DNA of 64,000 bases, from the NCBI GenBank assembly GCA_964035545.1, contig OZ037766.1, positions 16,172,722 to 16,236,721 on the forward strand, in the 5' to 3' direction. This DNA comes from Bugula neritina (Eukaryota > Animalia > Bryozoa). Shown here piece after piece: positions 48,401 through 63,400 of this stretch; position 1 is the stretch's first letter, and the number at the start of each line of letters is the position of its first letter. A program made the position numbers and the translations under genes. The notes beneath the pieces were generated by a model. It ran no database searches. It was not told where the DNA came from and saw only the letters and a program-made list of their open reading frames with translations.

Positions 48401-51400
48401 ACCAGTTCTGCTGCTAGTACTACTTCTACAACTCCATCACCTCCAGGTTTGTATGCTGTTACTAATTATAATTAATCTTTGATCAAAGAATTCTTACCTT
48501 TTAAACATGCTTTTAGGAGATATGTACATTGTAACTATCCTGGTGATTGTATCTACGTTGCTATTTGTTCCTGATATAGCTATGTAAAACACCATATACA
48601 CGAGGTAGGTGCAGTAATGGAGAAATTGAGAAAAGCCTATGTTCTAGATTAGAAATGTAGCAAAAGAAGTTATGTTCTTGCAAGAGTTTCAACCTTCAGC
48701 CCAAACCAATATTTAGTAAAAAGATTAAGAAACTTGGGCTATCTCAATTTCTCCACTACTGCTCCTAAATGTTTTTGCTTGTCCAAAACCATAACCTATG
48801 CTATGCTTCACAAAATCATTCAGTATGTGCAAGACCATAAAAAACATTTTCAACAATAAGCCTCAAAGGTCTAAAAGGCCTAGTCAAAGAAATACTTATT
48901 AAATTAGTTGAACATAATAGTGCTAGCTATGATAAATCTACACAATAAACAAAATCATAATATTTCATGCATTCTGATAATATTTTACTGTAATTTATTC
49001 ATTTTAATTTAGGTATATCAAATGACTGAAATCATGCATGCATGGAAATTTTGTAGCTCTGTAGAAATTTTCAGAAAAGTCAGCAAATGAATATTTGCTT
49101 GTTCTCCAACAGCTGTGTCAATGAACATAATTGAACTAGGACTTAAAAATACATAACTTAGTAATCTAGTACTTGGTTTATATTGAGTCTTTTAATACAT
49201 GAATTTGTATTTTTAATTGATAAATTTTACATAATACAAAACATTTGAGCCAGCTTATGCAAATAGAGATTTAAGATAATATAGTAGTCATTCAACAATG
49301 TAGTATGTATGTTTGTTCTTAAGAGTTGCTGTCTTTTTGTTAAGTACAACTGATCAATCAAGTTTACGATAATTATATTGCTGTTGGAGCAGCAGATTTA
49401 TGCCATATCAAGTGATTAGTAAGCGCCTGGACCCTGGATAGTAAACCTATTTATAGCATAAAATTTGTTTCTTCTATACATGGTACACAATTAAATCATA
49501 TATAAATACATTAATAAGTTGATATTTCAAACAGCAGAGTATTAGAGATGAATGTAAACCAGTGTCTGGCAGATTTAATGAAATTATGCAATGCAGTGAT
49601 GGGAATGTAGAATTATGTTAAATATAATGTTTTATTGCAAGTAGGAAGGATGTGTAAACTGGTTGAATATTACAGAGCAAGTGAAAACATCACATACATT
49701 AAAATTAGTTATATATAGCTGAAAGCTTTTTCATAGCTTTTTCTCTATTAGCTTATATAGCTACAATACTATAATACAGCATATAATATAAGGAAGATCT
49801 ATAAAATTGCATGAGTAAAAAATACATATCTTATTGTCCAATTTTCCAGCTTGGTGCCCATCACCATCGTTTTATTGCCACAGAAGTGACGAATGTAAAC
49901 CAGCATATATTAAATGTGATGGAACTGTGCAATGCAGTGAGGGAGAAGATGAAGAAAATTGCCCAGGTAAATGATTAAAGGAAATATTCATCAATAATGG
50001 ATAAGTATTTGAACAAAAAATTTACTGCTTTTGGCTATTAAATCGTTGTCATAGGAAAAACATTCTTCTGTCTTTATTCAAAAAAATGATTAACAGTAAA
50101 CAAAGACCCTCACCTAGTTTTTATTACTAAAGCTTGAAAAAATAGTTTCTAGAGCTGAAAATTTTAAAATTGGTATTATGGGCAGTTTTAGTTATAGTCA
50201 ATGTTTTGCATGTTATGCAGGTACAGAATCTGCTACTACTTCTACTGCTACTACCAGTTCTGCTGCTAGTACTACTTCTACAACTCCATCACCTCCAGGT
50301 TTGTATGCTGTTACTAATTATAATTAGTATTTTATCAAAGAAGTCTTACCTTTTAAACATGCTTTTAGGAGATATGTACATTGTAACTATCCTGGTGATT
50401 GTATCTACGTTGCTATTTGTTCCTGATATAGCTATATAAAACACCATATACACACACTAAGTGCGAAAAGACTGCTTGGAATATGACGATTATTTTTTAC
50501 CGTATCAATTTTATTCCTTTATTCATGTACTGCATAAATTTTCTATGATGCTTTTTTGTGCTACTATATACTGCTTTGAGGTAGGTGCAGTAATGGAAAA
50601 ATTGAGAAAAGCCTATGTTCTAGATTAGAAATGTAGCAAAAGAAGTTATGTTCTCGCAAGAGTTTCAACCTTCAGCCCAAACCAATATTTAGTAAAAAGA
50701 TTAAGAAACTTGGGCTATCTCAATTTCTCCACTACTGCTCCTAAATTGTTTTTTGCTTGTCCAAACCCATAACCTATGCTATGCTCCACAAAATCATTCA
50801 GTATGTGCAAGACCATAAAAAAACATTTTCAACAATAAGCCTCAAAGGTCTAAAAGGCCTAGTCAAAGAAATACTTATTAAATTAGTTGAGCATAATAGT
50901 GCCAGCTATGATAAATCTACACAATAAACAAAATTATAATGTTTCATGCATTCTGATAATATTTTACTGTAATTTATTCATTTTAATTTAGGTATATCAA
51001 ATGGCTGAAATCATGCATGCATGGAAATTTTATAGCTCTGTAGAAATTTTCCGAAAAGTCACCAAATGAATATTTGCTTGTTCTCCAACAGCTGTGTCAA
51101 TGAACATAATTGAACTAGGACTTAAAAAAACATGATTTTTATATTGAGTCTTTGAATACATGAACATGTATTTTCAATTGATAAATTTTACATAATACAA
51201 AATGTTTGAGCCAGCTTATGCAAATAGAGATTTAAGATATATAGTCATTCAATAATGTAGTATATATGTTAGTTTTTAAGAGTTGCTGTCTTTTTGTTAA
51301 GTACAAGCGATCAATCAAGTTTACGATAATTATATTGCTGTTGGAGCAGCAGATTTATGCCATATCAAGTGATTAGTAAGCGCCTGGACCCTGGATAGTA

Positions 51401-54400
51401 AACCTATTTATAGCATAAAATTTGTTTCTCCTATACATGGTACACAATTAAATCATATATAAATACATTAATAAGTTGATATTTCAAACAGCAGAGTATT
51501 AGAGATGAATGTAAACCAGTGTCTAGCAGATTTAAAAAAAATTATGCAATGCAGTGATGGAGAATGTAGAATTATGTTAAACATAATGTTTTATTGCAAG
51601 TAGGAAAGATGTGTAAACTGGTTGAATATTACAGAGCAAGTGAAAACATCACATACATTAAAATTAGTTATATATAGCTGAAAGCTTTTTCATAGCTTTT
51701 TCTCTATTAGCTTATATAGCTACAATACTATAATACAGCATATAATATAAGGAAGATCTATAAAATTGCATGAGTAAAAAATACATATCTTATTGTCCAA
51801 TTTTTCAGCGTGGTGCCCATCACCATCGTTTTATTGCCACCGAAGTGACGAATGCAAACCAGCATATGTTAGATGTGACGGAACTGTGCAATGCAGTGAG
51901 GGAGAAGATGAAGAAAATTGCCCAGGTAAATGATTAAAGGAAATATTCATCAATAATGGATAAGTATTTGAACAAGAAGTTTACTGCTTTTGGCTATTAA
52001 ATCGTTGTCATGAGAAAAACATTCTTCTGTTTTTATTCAAAAAAAAGGATCAACAGTAAACAAAGACCCTCACTTAGTTTTTATTACTAAAGCTTGAAAA
52101 AATAGTTTCTAGAGCTGAAAATTTTAAAATTGGTATTATGGGCAGTTTTATTTATAGTCAATGTTTTGCATGTTATGCAGGTACAGAATCTGCTACTACT
52201 TCTACTGCTACTACCAGTTCTGCTGCTAGTACTACTTCTACAACTCCATCACCTCCAGGTTTGTATGCTGTTACTAATTATAATTAATCTTTGATCAAAG
52301 AATTCTTACCTTTTAAACATGCTTTTAGGAGATATGTATATTGTAACTATCCTGGTGATTGTATTTATATTTATACGTTGCTATTTGTTCCTGATATAGC
52401 TATATAAAACACCATATACCAAGTGCTACAAGGCTGCTTGGGATATGACGATTTTTTTTACTGCTGTTGCAGATCTTGTATCTTTTATTATCTATTCTCA
52501 CTGTTTTTCACCGTATCAATTTTATTCCTTTATTCATGTAGCCTACTGCATAAATTTTCTATGATGCTTTTTTGTGCTACTATATACTGCTTTGAGGTAG
52601 GTGCAGTAATAGAGAAATTGAGAAAAGCCTATGTTTTAGATTAAAAATGTAGCAAAAGAAGTTATGTTCTCGCAAGAGTTTCAACCTTCAGCCCAAACCA
52701 ATATTTAGTAAAAAGATTAGAAAACTTGGGCTATCTCAATTTCTCCACTACTGCTCCTAAATGTTTTTGCTTGTCCAAACCCATAACCTATGCTATGCTC
52801 CACAAAATCATTCAGTATGTGCAAGACCATAAAAAACATTTCCAACAATAAGCCTCAAAGATCTAAAAGGCCCATACAAAGAAATACTTATTAAATTAGT
52901 TGAGCATAATAGTGCCAGCTATGATAAATCTACACAATAAACAATATCATAATATTTCATGCATTCTGATAATACTTAATTGTAATTTATTTATTTTAAT
53001 TTAGGTACATCAAATGACTGGAATCTTGCATGAAAATCTTATAGCTCTGTAGGAAATTTTGAGAAAAGTCACCAATTGAATATAAGCATAGTCTTAAACA
53101 GCTGTGTCAATGAACATAATTGATCTAGGACTTAAAAATACATGATTTTTATATTGAGTCTTTGAATACATGAACATGTATTTTTAATTGATAAATTTTA
53201 CATAATACAAAATGTTTGAGCCAGCTTATGCAAATAGAGATTTAAGATATATAGTCATTCAATAATGTAGTATATATGTTTGTTTTTAAGAGTTGCTGTC
53301 TTTTTGTTAAGTACAAGCGATCAATCAAGTTTACGATAATTATATTGCTGTTGGAGCAGCAGATTTATGCCATATCAAGTGATTAGTAAGCGCCTGGACC
53401 CTGGATAGTAAACCTATTTATAGCATAAAATTTGTTTCTTCTATACGTGGTACACAATTAAATCATATATAAATACATTAATAAGTTGATATTTCAAACA
53501 GCAGAGTATTAGAGATGAATGTAAACCAGTGTCTGGCAGATTTAAAAAAATTATGCATTGTAGTGATGGGAATGTAGAATTATGTTAAATATAATGTTTT
53601 ATTGCAAGTAGGAAGGATGTGTAAACTGGTTGAATATTACAGAGCAAGTGAAAACATCACATACATTAAAATTAGTTATATATAGCTGAAAGCTTTTTCA
53701 TAGCTTTTTCTCTATTAGCTTATATAGCTACAATACTATAATACAGCATATAATATAAGGAAGATCTATAAAATTGCATGAGTAAAAAATACATATCTTA
53801 TTGTCCAATTTTCCAGCTTGGTGCCCATCACCATCTTTTTATTGCCACCGAAGTGACGAATGCAAACCAGCATATGTTAGATGTGACGGAACTGTGCAAT
53901 GCAGTGAGGGAGAAGATGAAAAAAATTGCCCAGGTAAATGATTAAAAGAAATATTCATCAATAATCTAGTTGATTTTTGGTATAAACACAAAGAACTAGT
54001 AAATGAAAGCCTTGATGCAAACTTAATATCTTAAATGTCAGATAACATATTTAACCAGCTTTGCACAGTCAGTGCGAGATATTAACTTTATTATACTAGC
54101 AATAGCTACAATAAGTCAGGTGCATATTTATATTTAGTAGCACAATATAAAAATGAATAAATATTTAATAATAGCAACTTGTACTATTCAGCTATGAACT
54201 GAGTCATGTGTTGTGTCTCTTTAGTGCCAAGTTGCTCCAGCAACGAATTTGATTGTGGTAATGGTCAATGTATACCCAGTAGTTGGCAATGTGATAGACA
54301 GATTGACTGTAATAATGGAGCTGATGAAGAGTCATGTAAGGCACTTACACTTATTTGTTATTTGTCTCATTGAATTATCTTGTTGCATATTACATAACTT

Positions 54401-57400
54401 TAGGAGTCAATCTTCAGCTCAACTTTGAAAAATTGACGCTATTTAATTTGGTGCCCTTAGTATTCTTTGGGTTGCTTAAATTTTAATACTTTAATAGAAG
54501 CTGAAATGCCACGTGCATGTAGTATGTTATGCTAACCCATACACTTTTCCTACTTGTTGACTACAACAACTAATCACCAATTACTCTTACAAGATAAAAA
54601 TACTATTCTGGCTCTAATTACAACATTTTTCATACAATGTACCAGAATAAGGGTTGAAATTTAAGCTTAAACAGGAAATGTACTGTTTTTGCTATAAAAA
54701 GTCATTGTGATACAAAAATTGCTCTTGTTTTTCAATGCAGGAAAAAATAATCCACAGTAGAGAGAGCACTTCCCTTTGTTTTTAAAACTTAAATTTTCAA
54801 AAAAGCTTAGGGGGCTCCAAAATCTTAACAATTTTAGTTATAGTTAGTATTTTACATACTATACAAGTACAGAATCTACTACTACTTACACTATCAGTTC
54901 TGCTGCTAGTACTACTTCTACAACTCCATCACCTCTAGGTTTGTGTGTTGTTACTAATCATATTTAGCCTTTCATCCAAAACATCTTTTACTTTTTAGGT
55001 ATTTTAGAAAATGCATTACAATTATTTGTTTCTTATCTAAAATGTGGAGGTCTATCATTGTATATAGCAAAAAATAATAACTACTAACACTCAGATCTGA
55101 AACTAAATTTTGATACCTTGAGTTTTGTTTACATTTACTATTAGTTATTACTGCTACTATGTTTATTCACGGTATAGCTATATGTACTACTATAATATGC
55201 ATGCTAACTGCAACAAACTTATTGAAGCCATATGGACATTTTTGTTGTATATTATATTTAAGCCCTTTCTTGGCTATGTAACATGTTTGTTACTATACAT
55301 AGCTTTATGCTGGTTTAAACACATACTTTCTATAATGCTAGTTGACACGCCAGAAATAACTTGAAATTTTATGAGCTTGTGCAGGCCAAAATTTTAGTCA
55401 AACCCAAACATCAGAAACTGTTTTATCAATTTTGATGCAATTTTCAACACTTTCAGTCCTCAACACAGCTTTGACATTTACATGACTTTAGCTTAAATGT
55501 GCTTACCAATCGTCATTTTTTATATTTCTATGATTTATAATGCTTTGTTTTGTTTTGACATAGAATGTAAGATGAGTCATAGAACTCGAAACAAATCAAT
55601 TCAACAAATTTAAGCTTGAGAAAAGAAATTTAGGAAATGTACATGTCAAAGATAGCTGTTTACAAGACTGGCCATATTAAAAATAGTTATAAACAAAATT
55701 AATCTCTCTTAAAATTGTTTCTTTGAAGAAAATGTTACTTATTTGGAAAGTTATGCAATCTTATTATTTATTTTTTAATATTTAAAAAGTTATTTTACTA
55801 ACTTGAGTATGATTACAGTTATTATGTACTAAAGTTTGATATTCATAGGTGCATGATGGTTATTTTTCTATCTCTTGTACCTTTTGTAAGCGTACCGTTC
55901 AATCACATAAAATAAGTTACCTTTACGCTACTTACATTATGTACAGCATAACTATAGCTTCTTACAGGTGTTAACAAGCATAATATTGTAATGTAGGTGC
56001 AGTTATATGCCGCGATAACCAAGTTAGATGTAATTCAACAAACGAGTGCATCTATGCCAGTTGGCTATGCGACGGTGAGGAAGACTGCCCAGATGGTGAA
56101 GATGAGTTAAACTGTTTAGCTGAAATCTGTCCCTCTGGAAGGTTTTCTTGTTCCTTCCCAGAAATTGAGTGTATACCACAAAGTTGGAGATGCGATGGAG
56201 AAGCAGATTGCTCTGATGGCACTGATGAAGTCAACTGTACTTTGCCTACTACTTGCTCCCCACCAAATGACAAAGATTGTCCTCAAATTTGTGAGAACAA
56301 TGAGTTTAGATGTCAAACAAATCAAACATGTATCTCAAAGGACCTATTGTGTGATGGCTGGTCACATTGTGCAGACGGTTCAGATGAAGTTAACTGTACA
56401 TCCTGCAGAGAAGACGAGTTTCTGTGTAACAATACTCAGGCTGCTTCAGTTTGTATTTCGGTTGACCTTCGATGTGATGGTTGGAGTCACTGTAGCGATG
56501 GTTCTGATGAAGTGGGTTGTTTGCCTGCTAGCTGTGGAGATGACGAATTTCAGTGTCTATCAACCCAAACGTGTATCCCAAAAACATTAACATGTGACAA
56601 CTGGAATCATTGCTTAGACGGTTCTGATGAAATCGGTTGCAATGTTACTACTACCTCTACAACTGAGTCTCCATGTATGTGCATTTCTCTGTTTGCCATA
56701 TGACAGCAGGCAGCTGTACGTACATGTTTTGAAACTTGTGAATCAAAGCTAGCTGATTTTATTTAATCCCTGCAGGTGTTGATACCTGTGTAAATGCTTC
56801 AAGTTTCAAATGCTGTCTCACTATAACAAGATGATACTATGTGATTGCATTTTTAAAGAATTTTTATTAAAATACTTTGTTTTCATATTATTTTATGAAA
56901 CGCAAGTTTGGTGTCTCTGTGATATGCTATAAACTGTAGTAACTGCATTGTCTTTTGCAGCTGGCTACTCCAAGTTTTCTACCACATCCCCAGGCGTGAC
57001 CACTTCAGCCACTTCAGGTCAGCATACCCCTGTCAGATATTTATTCACTAGCTGACTAAGTTCCTGCTGTGACAGATGTGTCAATAGTAATAAGTTCATC
57101 TATAACGTTCTTGTTGACAATGTGCTTATGTGTTTACAATCTAAACATTACCAAACATGTATACAAGAAGTCATAGTTGACTGCTAAAAATACTTGCTTA
57201 GCATAGCAGCTGTCAGTTGATGACTTTGGGTCTAAAGAAGGTTTGCATTAATTTTTTCAGTTAAACTTTTATCAAAGAGTTCCCTTTAGATATTGTAACA
57301 AGAACTGTAAACCTGATCAAGCTAAATACCAACTTGATAAAAAAAATTGAGTAGCCCATGGAACAATATAACTATAATTTGGCAGTACAATTTAAGGCTG

Positions 57401-60400
57401 GTTGTGGTTTATCTAAAGTAAATGTTGGCATTAATATGTTACTAACAATTTCCAAGCATTTAATTACAATAAATCAGTAATTTAATATTCTGGTGGGGGA
57501 AGGATTTAAAATTAGCTAATTATGTCTAAACAATACTGCAATTTTTAATATATTATGGTTTGTTTACTTTTGTTCTGCAGATTTAAACGAAAATCATACT
57601 TACTATGGAGTGCTGATACAAAATGGGTGGAGTGAAGGTGCCATGTTTGAGTTAAGTGGACAAATATATGCAGTTGATTATGAAACTATCCAGATTATTG
57701 GATTCAGCTTTTCTGGCTTAGCTAAAGGTAAGTTAATGTCATGTCTGCACTCTGCATAGTGAGTAGCATTCTGGTACAATGTACATAATCAAGTGCTATC
57801 TGGCAGAGACTATATTATACTAAATGAAGGAGAATTACTGAATTTGCCAAAAAACGCATTGAGAAACCTCACCAATTAGATGTTAGCAATGCTTTCACTT
57901 TTGATTTTAAAATGACTCATTTAAAAATCCAGAAGTTTAAAATAGTCACTATAAGAAAAAACTGAGTGCCACTAAAATAGCAAATAACTGCTTATATAGT
58001 TATGTTCGATGGTTTCATTTCAAGTTTAAAATAAGTATCTTCTTGATGACTACAAACATTTGTTTGAGACAAAGAGTTACTTGAAAAGCCAGTTCATGAT
58101 AACTAACTAACCTACATTTAACTGAATTCAATTAAACTCTTTTTGCACAAAATAGCAAGCTATGCCAGAAAAGACATATACGTATTAACCGTTTTAATCA
58201 GTATTGCTGGCTCTCGATTTTTGTAAGGTTTTTCTCCCTGTAGGTCTATTTGTCTGCTGTGGTAGTATAAACAGTGAAATAATTCAATTGAATAATGTTA
58301 TTTCTTATAGATGCCACTTTCCTATTGGGCAAAAATAATTCATACCCTAGCATACGCTGTGGAGATGGTGTAGACTATAGCACTGTAACCCCACATCAAG
58401 TATTTGGAGCTTCGTAAGTTTTACAACATGTTTTACCTGCTTATACTTGCTGGATAGGCTTATCTTACTGCTTTTTATATGTATTATATTCATTTATTTA
58501 TACAGAATACCTTTAAAATCACAAATAAACACAAGGATCGTGCTGAAGCTTCCTGAAGGCTGGAAGTTGTCTGACTTAACATACATAGCAGTTGGGGGAA
58601 CAACTACTAAGGTATTTAGAGGTTTTTAACACTTCATGTATTTATGTCCTTGATTTTTTAAACGCCCAAATGAGTTTATTAAAATATTTGAGTTATCAGA
58701 TACAAAGCTATGGTTTGAAAATCAAGTTCGGTGTTTTGCTATCCTGTCTTGGCCAATTGGAGGCTAATTACTAAACTTTGTATAAAACTGTTACCTGCAA
58801 GTGCAAATTAATATGAGAGTCAAACTCAAAACAAATAACGGAGACTAGCAGTAACTTATAATAATGATTATAATAATAGTTATAATACGAATAATAATAT
58901 ATCGACAGCCCCAAGCTGTCACCGTGACCTCCAAACCACCCCTTAGTCACCCCAATCTCCACCCGTGATCTGCCCAGCAAATCACCGTATTCGCCCAGAA
59001 TACAATGACTAGAAACTTGAATTTGCTAAACTCTCTAATAGATATAAACGTTCTCAGTCGAACACTGTCACACGATTGCTAGAGGCTTTTGTTTCGCAGC
59101 GCGGCACGAGGAGAAGTCCTTGACCCCTGCTGTGTACCTAAGCACTCTATCTTGCTACGCCGCTAACGGCATCGGCATACTTACAGCCCACAAAAACTAT
59201 AATTGAAAGCTTTCTTTACTTTGAGGAAAGGCAGATAAAAACTTAGGGTTGGCTATTATAAATTCTGTCTCTCGATTACCAAAACAAAGCATATAATAAA
59301 TTCTGCTCTACTTAAAGGATTGCTCAATCTTAGTTTATTACGATCACATTATAATTATGAACTATAATCTAATGTGTATCCAAACAATTGTGACTTTGCA
59401 AAGGGATATTTGCCTAGAAAACAGCTTTTCAAAATTCCAATTTTGAGGGAGGTAAAATTTTCAGCCATGAAAAAGAATAGCCAAATACGTGACGTGTGAA
59501 CGCCAGTAACTATGCTGCACGTGCTAACTATAACGCTAGTATTCAAGGTTGCTGAGCACAACATTAACCAATAACGGTCAAGCAGTTACAGTGCGCTATA
59601 TAGGTCAGCTTTGGTGTGCCCGTAATATTGCACAATCTGACCTAGTTTAGATCGATCGCAGGCATTCATCCTAAAGAATGCATGTTTTTGCAATGCTTTT
59701 TTCTATTGTTTACAAGCAAAATATGGCCTAATGTTATTACATACATGTTATTTAAAATGTCAAAAAACTATAGATTGAGATAATTCACATTTGCACTTCT
59801 ATAAATATACAAATTACGAGCTGAAAGATCACATCTCACAGTCATATTTCTATAGTTATTCATTTGTATAGTCACGTGACCAGCAGGAATGCTGGCGCTG
59901 TTACGTCACATTTCCCAGCTCATTTCAAAATCGGCATTTTGGCTGTTACCAATCTACACCCTCAACTTCAACTAACTTTTTCTACCTTTGGTCAAATGAT
60001 TTTTGTCAATGCATGCTTAGAAAAACACAATATTATGCGTGTTTGACCTAAATGGCCATTAATTAGACAAGATAGAGCAATCCTTTAATGCATTTGAGAT
60101 ACAACTGTTATAAAGTGTCAAACATATTCTACTCATATTGTTGATCACAAATAGAATATTTGCCATAGTTACAACTTACAACTCTACTGCTGAACCTAAT
60201 GTCAAGCTGGTGATTGAAAATAACAAAAAACTATTTCTCTAAAAAAATATGAGAGAAGTTATTTTGCTAAAATTAAATGTTGATACTTGAAACCCACAAC
60301 TAATTTGGCACCACAAAACATTAATATTAGCAGTAAACACACCCTACTATAGTATATTAATACCTAGTCTAGTCTACTTTGAGAAATATAACTAATATGT

Positions 60401-63400
60401 TTCAGATACTATATGGTGGTGTTGCGATACCAAGCAATCTTGTAGCACCTGCTTCTCATGTCATTGGTAGCTTGACTACATTTGCTCATGCAGTTAGATC
60501 TGAAAACATTACAATATTAGATGAAAAAAGGATCCAGATTTGTTCTTTTACCTATGATGGCCAAGCACCAGGTAGTTTATATATGTACATTATTTTTTAA
60601 ATAGTTATATTGGAAGAATGTAAAACCTTTAATGTTGTGTCTAAATATATATGGTTAAGGGCTGTGTACATGTGATGCTCAAAACATTTCAAATACATAA
60701 ATATAATTGAAAATATGTCACATTTTGCACCTTTGAATAAAACTTATAAGAAGTCATTTACTTTGTTTTTAGATACCTTTTTCTATGTGGGCATCACTGA
60801 GTCTGTCAGACTTCAACAGCCCCCATATGGAGCTATTCCAGACGAGAACGGAATCAGGTAACTCAGCACTCTGTAGCTTAGATTTCAGACTTGGAGTGTT
60901 TTTAGAAGAGAAATTTACCCATCATATTCACATTGGTGACACGACATTTTGAAAATGACAATTGGAAAACACCTGTTTGGAAAACGAACAAATCACCAAT
61001 AGACAATTCAAAAATAGACAATTGGAAAATAGACATATGAAAATGAAAAACATTCAACATGGCCTAGTTCAGAAGGGACGTTTAGCATCTGGCCAGGTTC
61101 AAAATAGCTTATTGTAAACCTGGACAGATTTAAATTGGAACTATTCAGTAACTATAATTCTACTTCCATGATAGCCTAACTGATTCAGCCATTACATTCA
61201 TTTTTGAAAGCTGTTTTGGACCTGACCATATGCTGAACGCTCCCTCTGGACTAGGCCATGTTGAATATTCATCATTTTCCAAATATCTATTTTCCAATTG
61301 TCCATTTTCTAAATGTCATTTTCCAAGCGTCTATTTTCAATTGTCCATTTTCAAACTGTCTATTGGTGATTTGTCTATTTTCCAAATAGGTGTTTTCCAA
61401 TTGTTATTTTCGAAATGTCATGGATTCATTAACATTATGCAGCAATCATATCATGAATTATATTATGTTATCCTATGATCATTCAACAATTCGCAGATTA
61501 CTAAAATCTAAGTTGACTCTGCAGTAAGTTTAATATTTTTCCCACATTTCTCTACACACTCACCGTTTCTATTTACAGCAGCAGAAAACTACCCGCATAC
61601 CATCAAGACGATATCATACTTACCCTTCCAAGTGGTTTATCAATTTTTGAGTTAAAATGGCTGGCCGTGTTTGATATAGCTTTTTCTCACAATTTAGGGC
61701 ACGTCAACTTTCCAGATGATCTCTTAGTTCCACCATTTATCAACTACACAGGTATTGCAGTATTACATCATTTTAAGTACATATGGATTGCAAGTGTGGA
61801 GGAATTTGCTTTGGAAAATAAATGATAAGCATGTCTGGCCTTTACAACTATATTGATATAAAAAGCTCATAGTCACTATCCCTGTCAGGGCCCCTGATGT
61901 AAAAGTTTTTGTTAAAGCGGGCTAAAGATATATTCATATATGGTCCAGGAGCAATTTTGACTGAATGCTCTTCCTAATATTACCAATAGCATTTACTGAG
62001 TATCAAACCCACTACCTCGGGCCTGCTAAGCCAGTGTTCTAGTCCCTATACTTCTGCTGTTCTTTATGTTGATGTATAATTGCAATAATTTACAGCAAAT
62101 GTGTTTAAAACAGTAAATTATATGTTTAATACTTCATTAATGATACATTTAAATAAACTATGTAGCCTAATACTATTAATAAGTTTTTGTAGAAACAAAT
62201 AATTTCAATGGTCATAAAAATTTAACCCATATTCTAACAATGGATAGTCTGTCCTTAGCTGAGAGGCTTTTTAACAAAAAAATTTACTCAAACATCTCTC
62301 TGTGAAGATAATAAAGTAGTTGAAAGTCTAGATATAATGATATGTTATATCCTATACTTGCCAGCATAAAATATCTAATCCTTTGCTAAACAAAGAAAAT
62401 GCGTCTTTCATCTAAAGATATGTGGTTGTGCTATGTACTAAGCTGCAGTTTACTCAATTTTAGCAACATAATATTGTTATATATAGTAAACTATGTTGAA
62501 CTATATATTTTACAGATTTCATAAATAATCAGCCAACAGCCAAACGGAGGTCCTTCGCCATAGCACAGCTGTTGAGCAAAAGTTTTAATATAACTTAAAG
62601 TCAATTAACATACAAAAACCATTTTGTAACATTTGATACCATCACTTTGCCTGAACATAATACTACCTGTGATCAAGATTCTAAGACTAAACACACTGCA
62701 GCTGACATTGTGGTGCAGGATCAATACATCAAATTGTGTTAAATTGGAGGAACAAAATATTGTTAAGTCCTAAGTTACAATAGTCTGTGGTTTCAATGAT
62801 AATGTCTTAACTCTGTATAGTTACTGTTACATATACTCTATGTAGTTATTATTGTAGTAATTATCTGCATGCCTATTACTATTATAATAATAAAAGTCTT
62901 CTTTGAACTTGTAATGAAAGGTTTCTGTATTGTCTTCTAGATGTGCATCAGTCGAGCTCCAGTGGTAGACTGACTTAACACTGGAAACTCGCCCTCTTAT
63001 ATATTAGCTAGTAAATTTTCGGCTCACGCAAATTATTCAGATTAATGCAAAAAATGGGGGGAAGACAATTCAACAAAAACTATTACAGTATTTTATAAGC
63101 AAACAAAAATAGGAAGGACAATTCACAATCATTCCGCTATTCACTACGCTAAGAGCTTAGCTATAATTGCAACACTTGACAGCATTCAAAAAATTACACC
63201 AATTCAATTATGATAATGGCGCAATATAATTATTAGAACTTTCAGAACATAGTGTTGACAATTATTAAAATCCATTACATTATTACTTATACTCTTTATA
63301 GTTATTGTTACATAATGTTGTCTATGTAGCTGCAAAGTTCATAATTGTTGTAACGAAGCTGCCAACCACTGCTGTTACACCTGGTAAGTAGAACGTTTGA

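Noticed and set aside
50170-50439. Hydrophobic, transmembrane-looking 89-aa ORF
   Set aside because: Wrong-frame reading of the Ser/Thr exon plus AT-rich intron.
62516-62598. Possible extra or terminal exon (DFINNQPTAKRRSF..stop)
   Set aside because: An acceptor is present but there is no strong donor or homology; it cannot be supported without transcripts.
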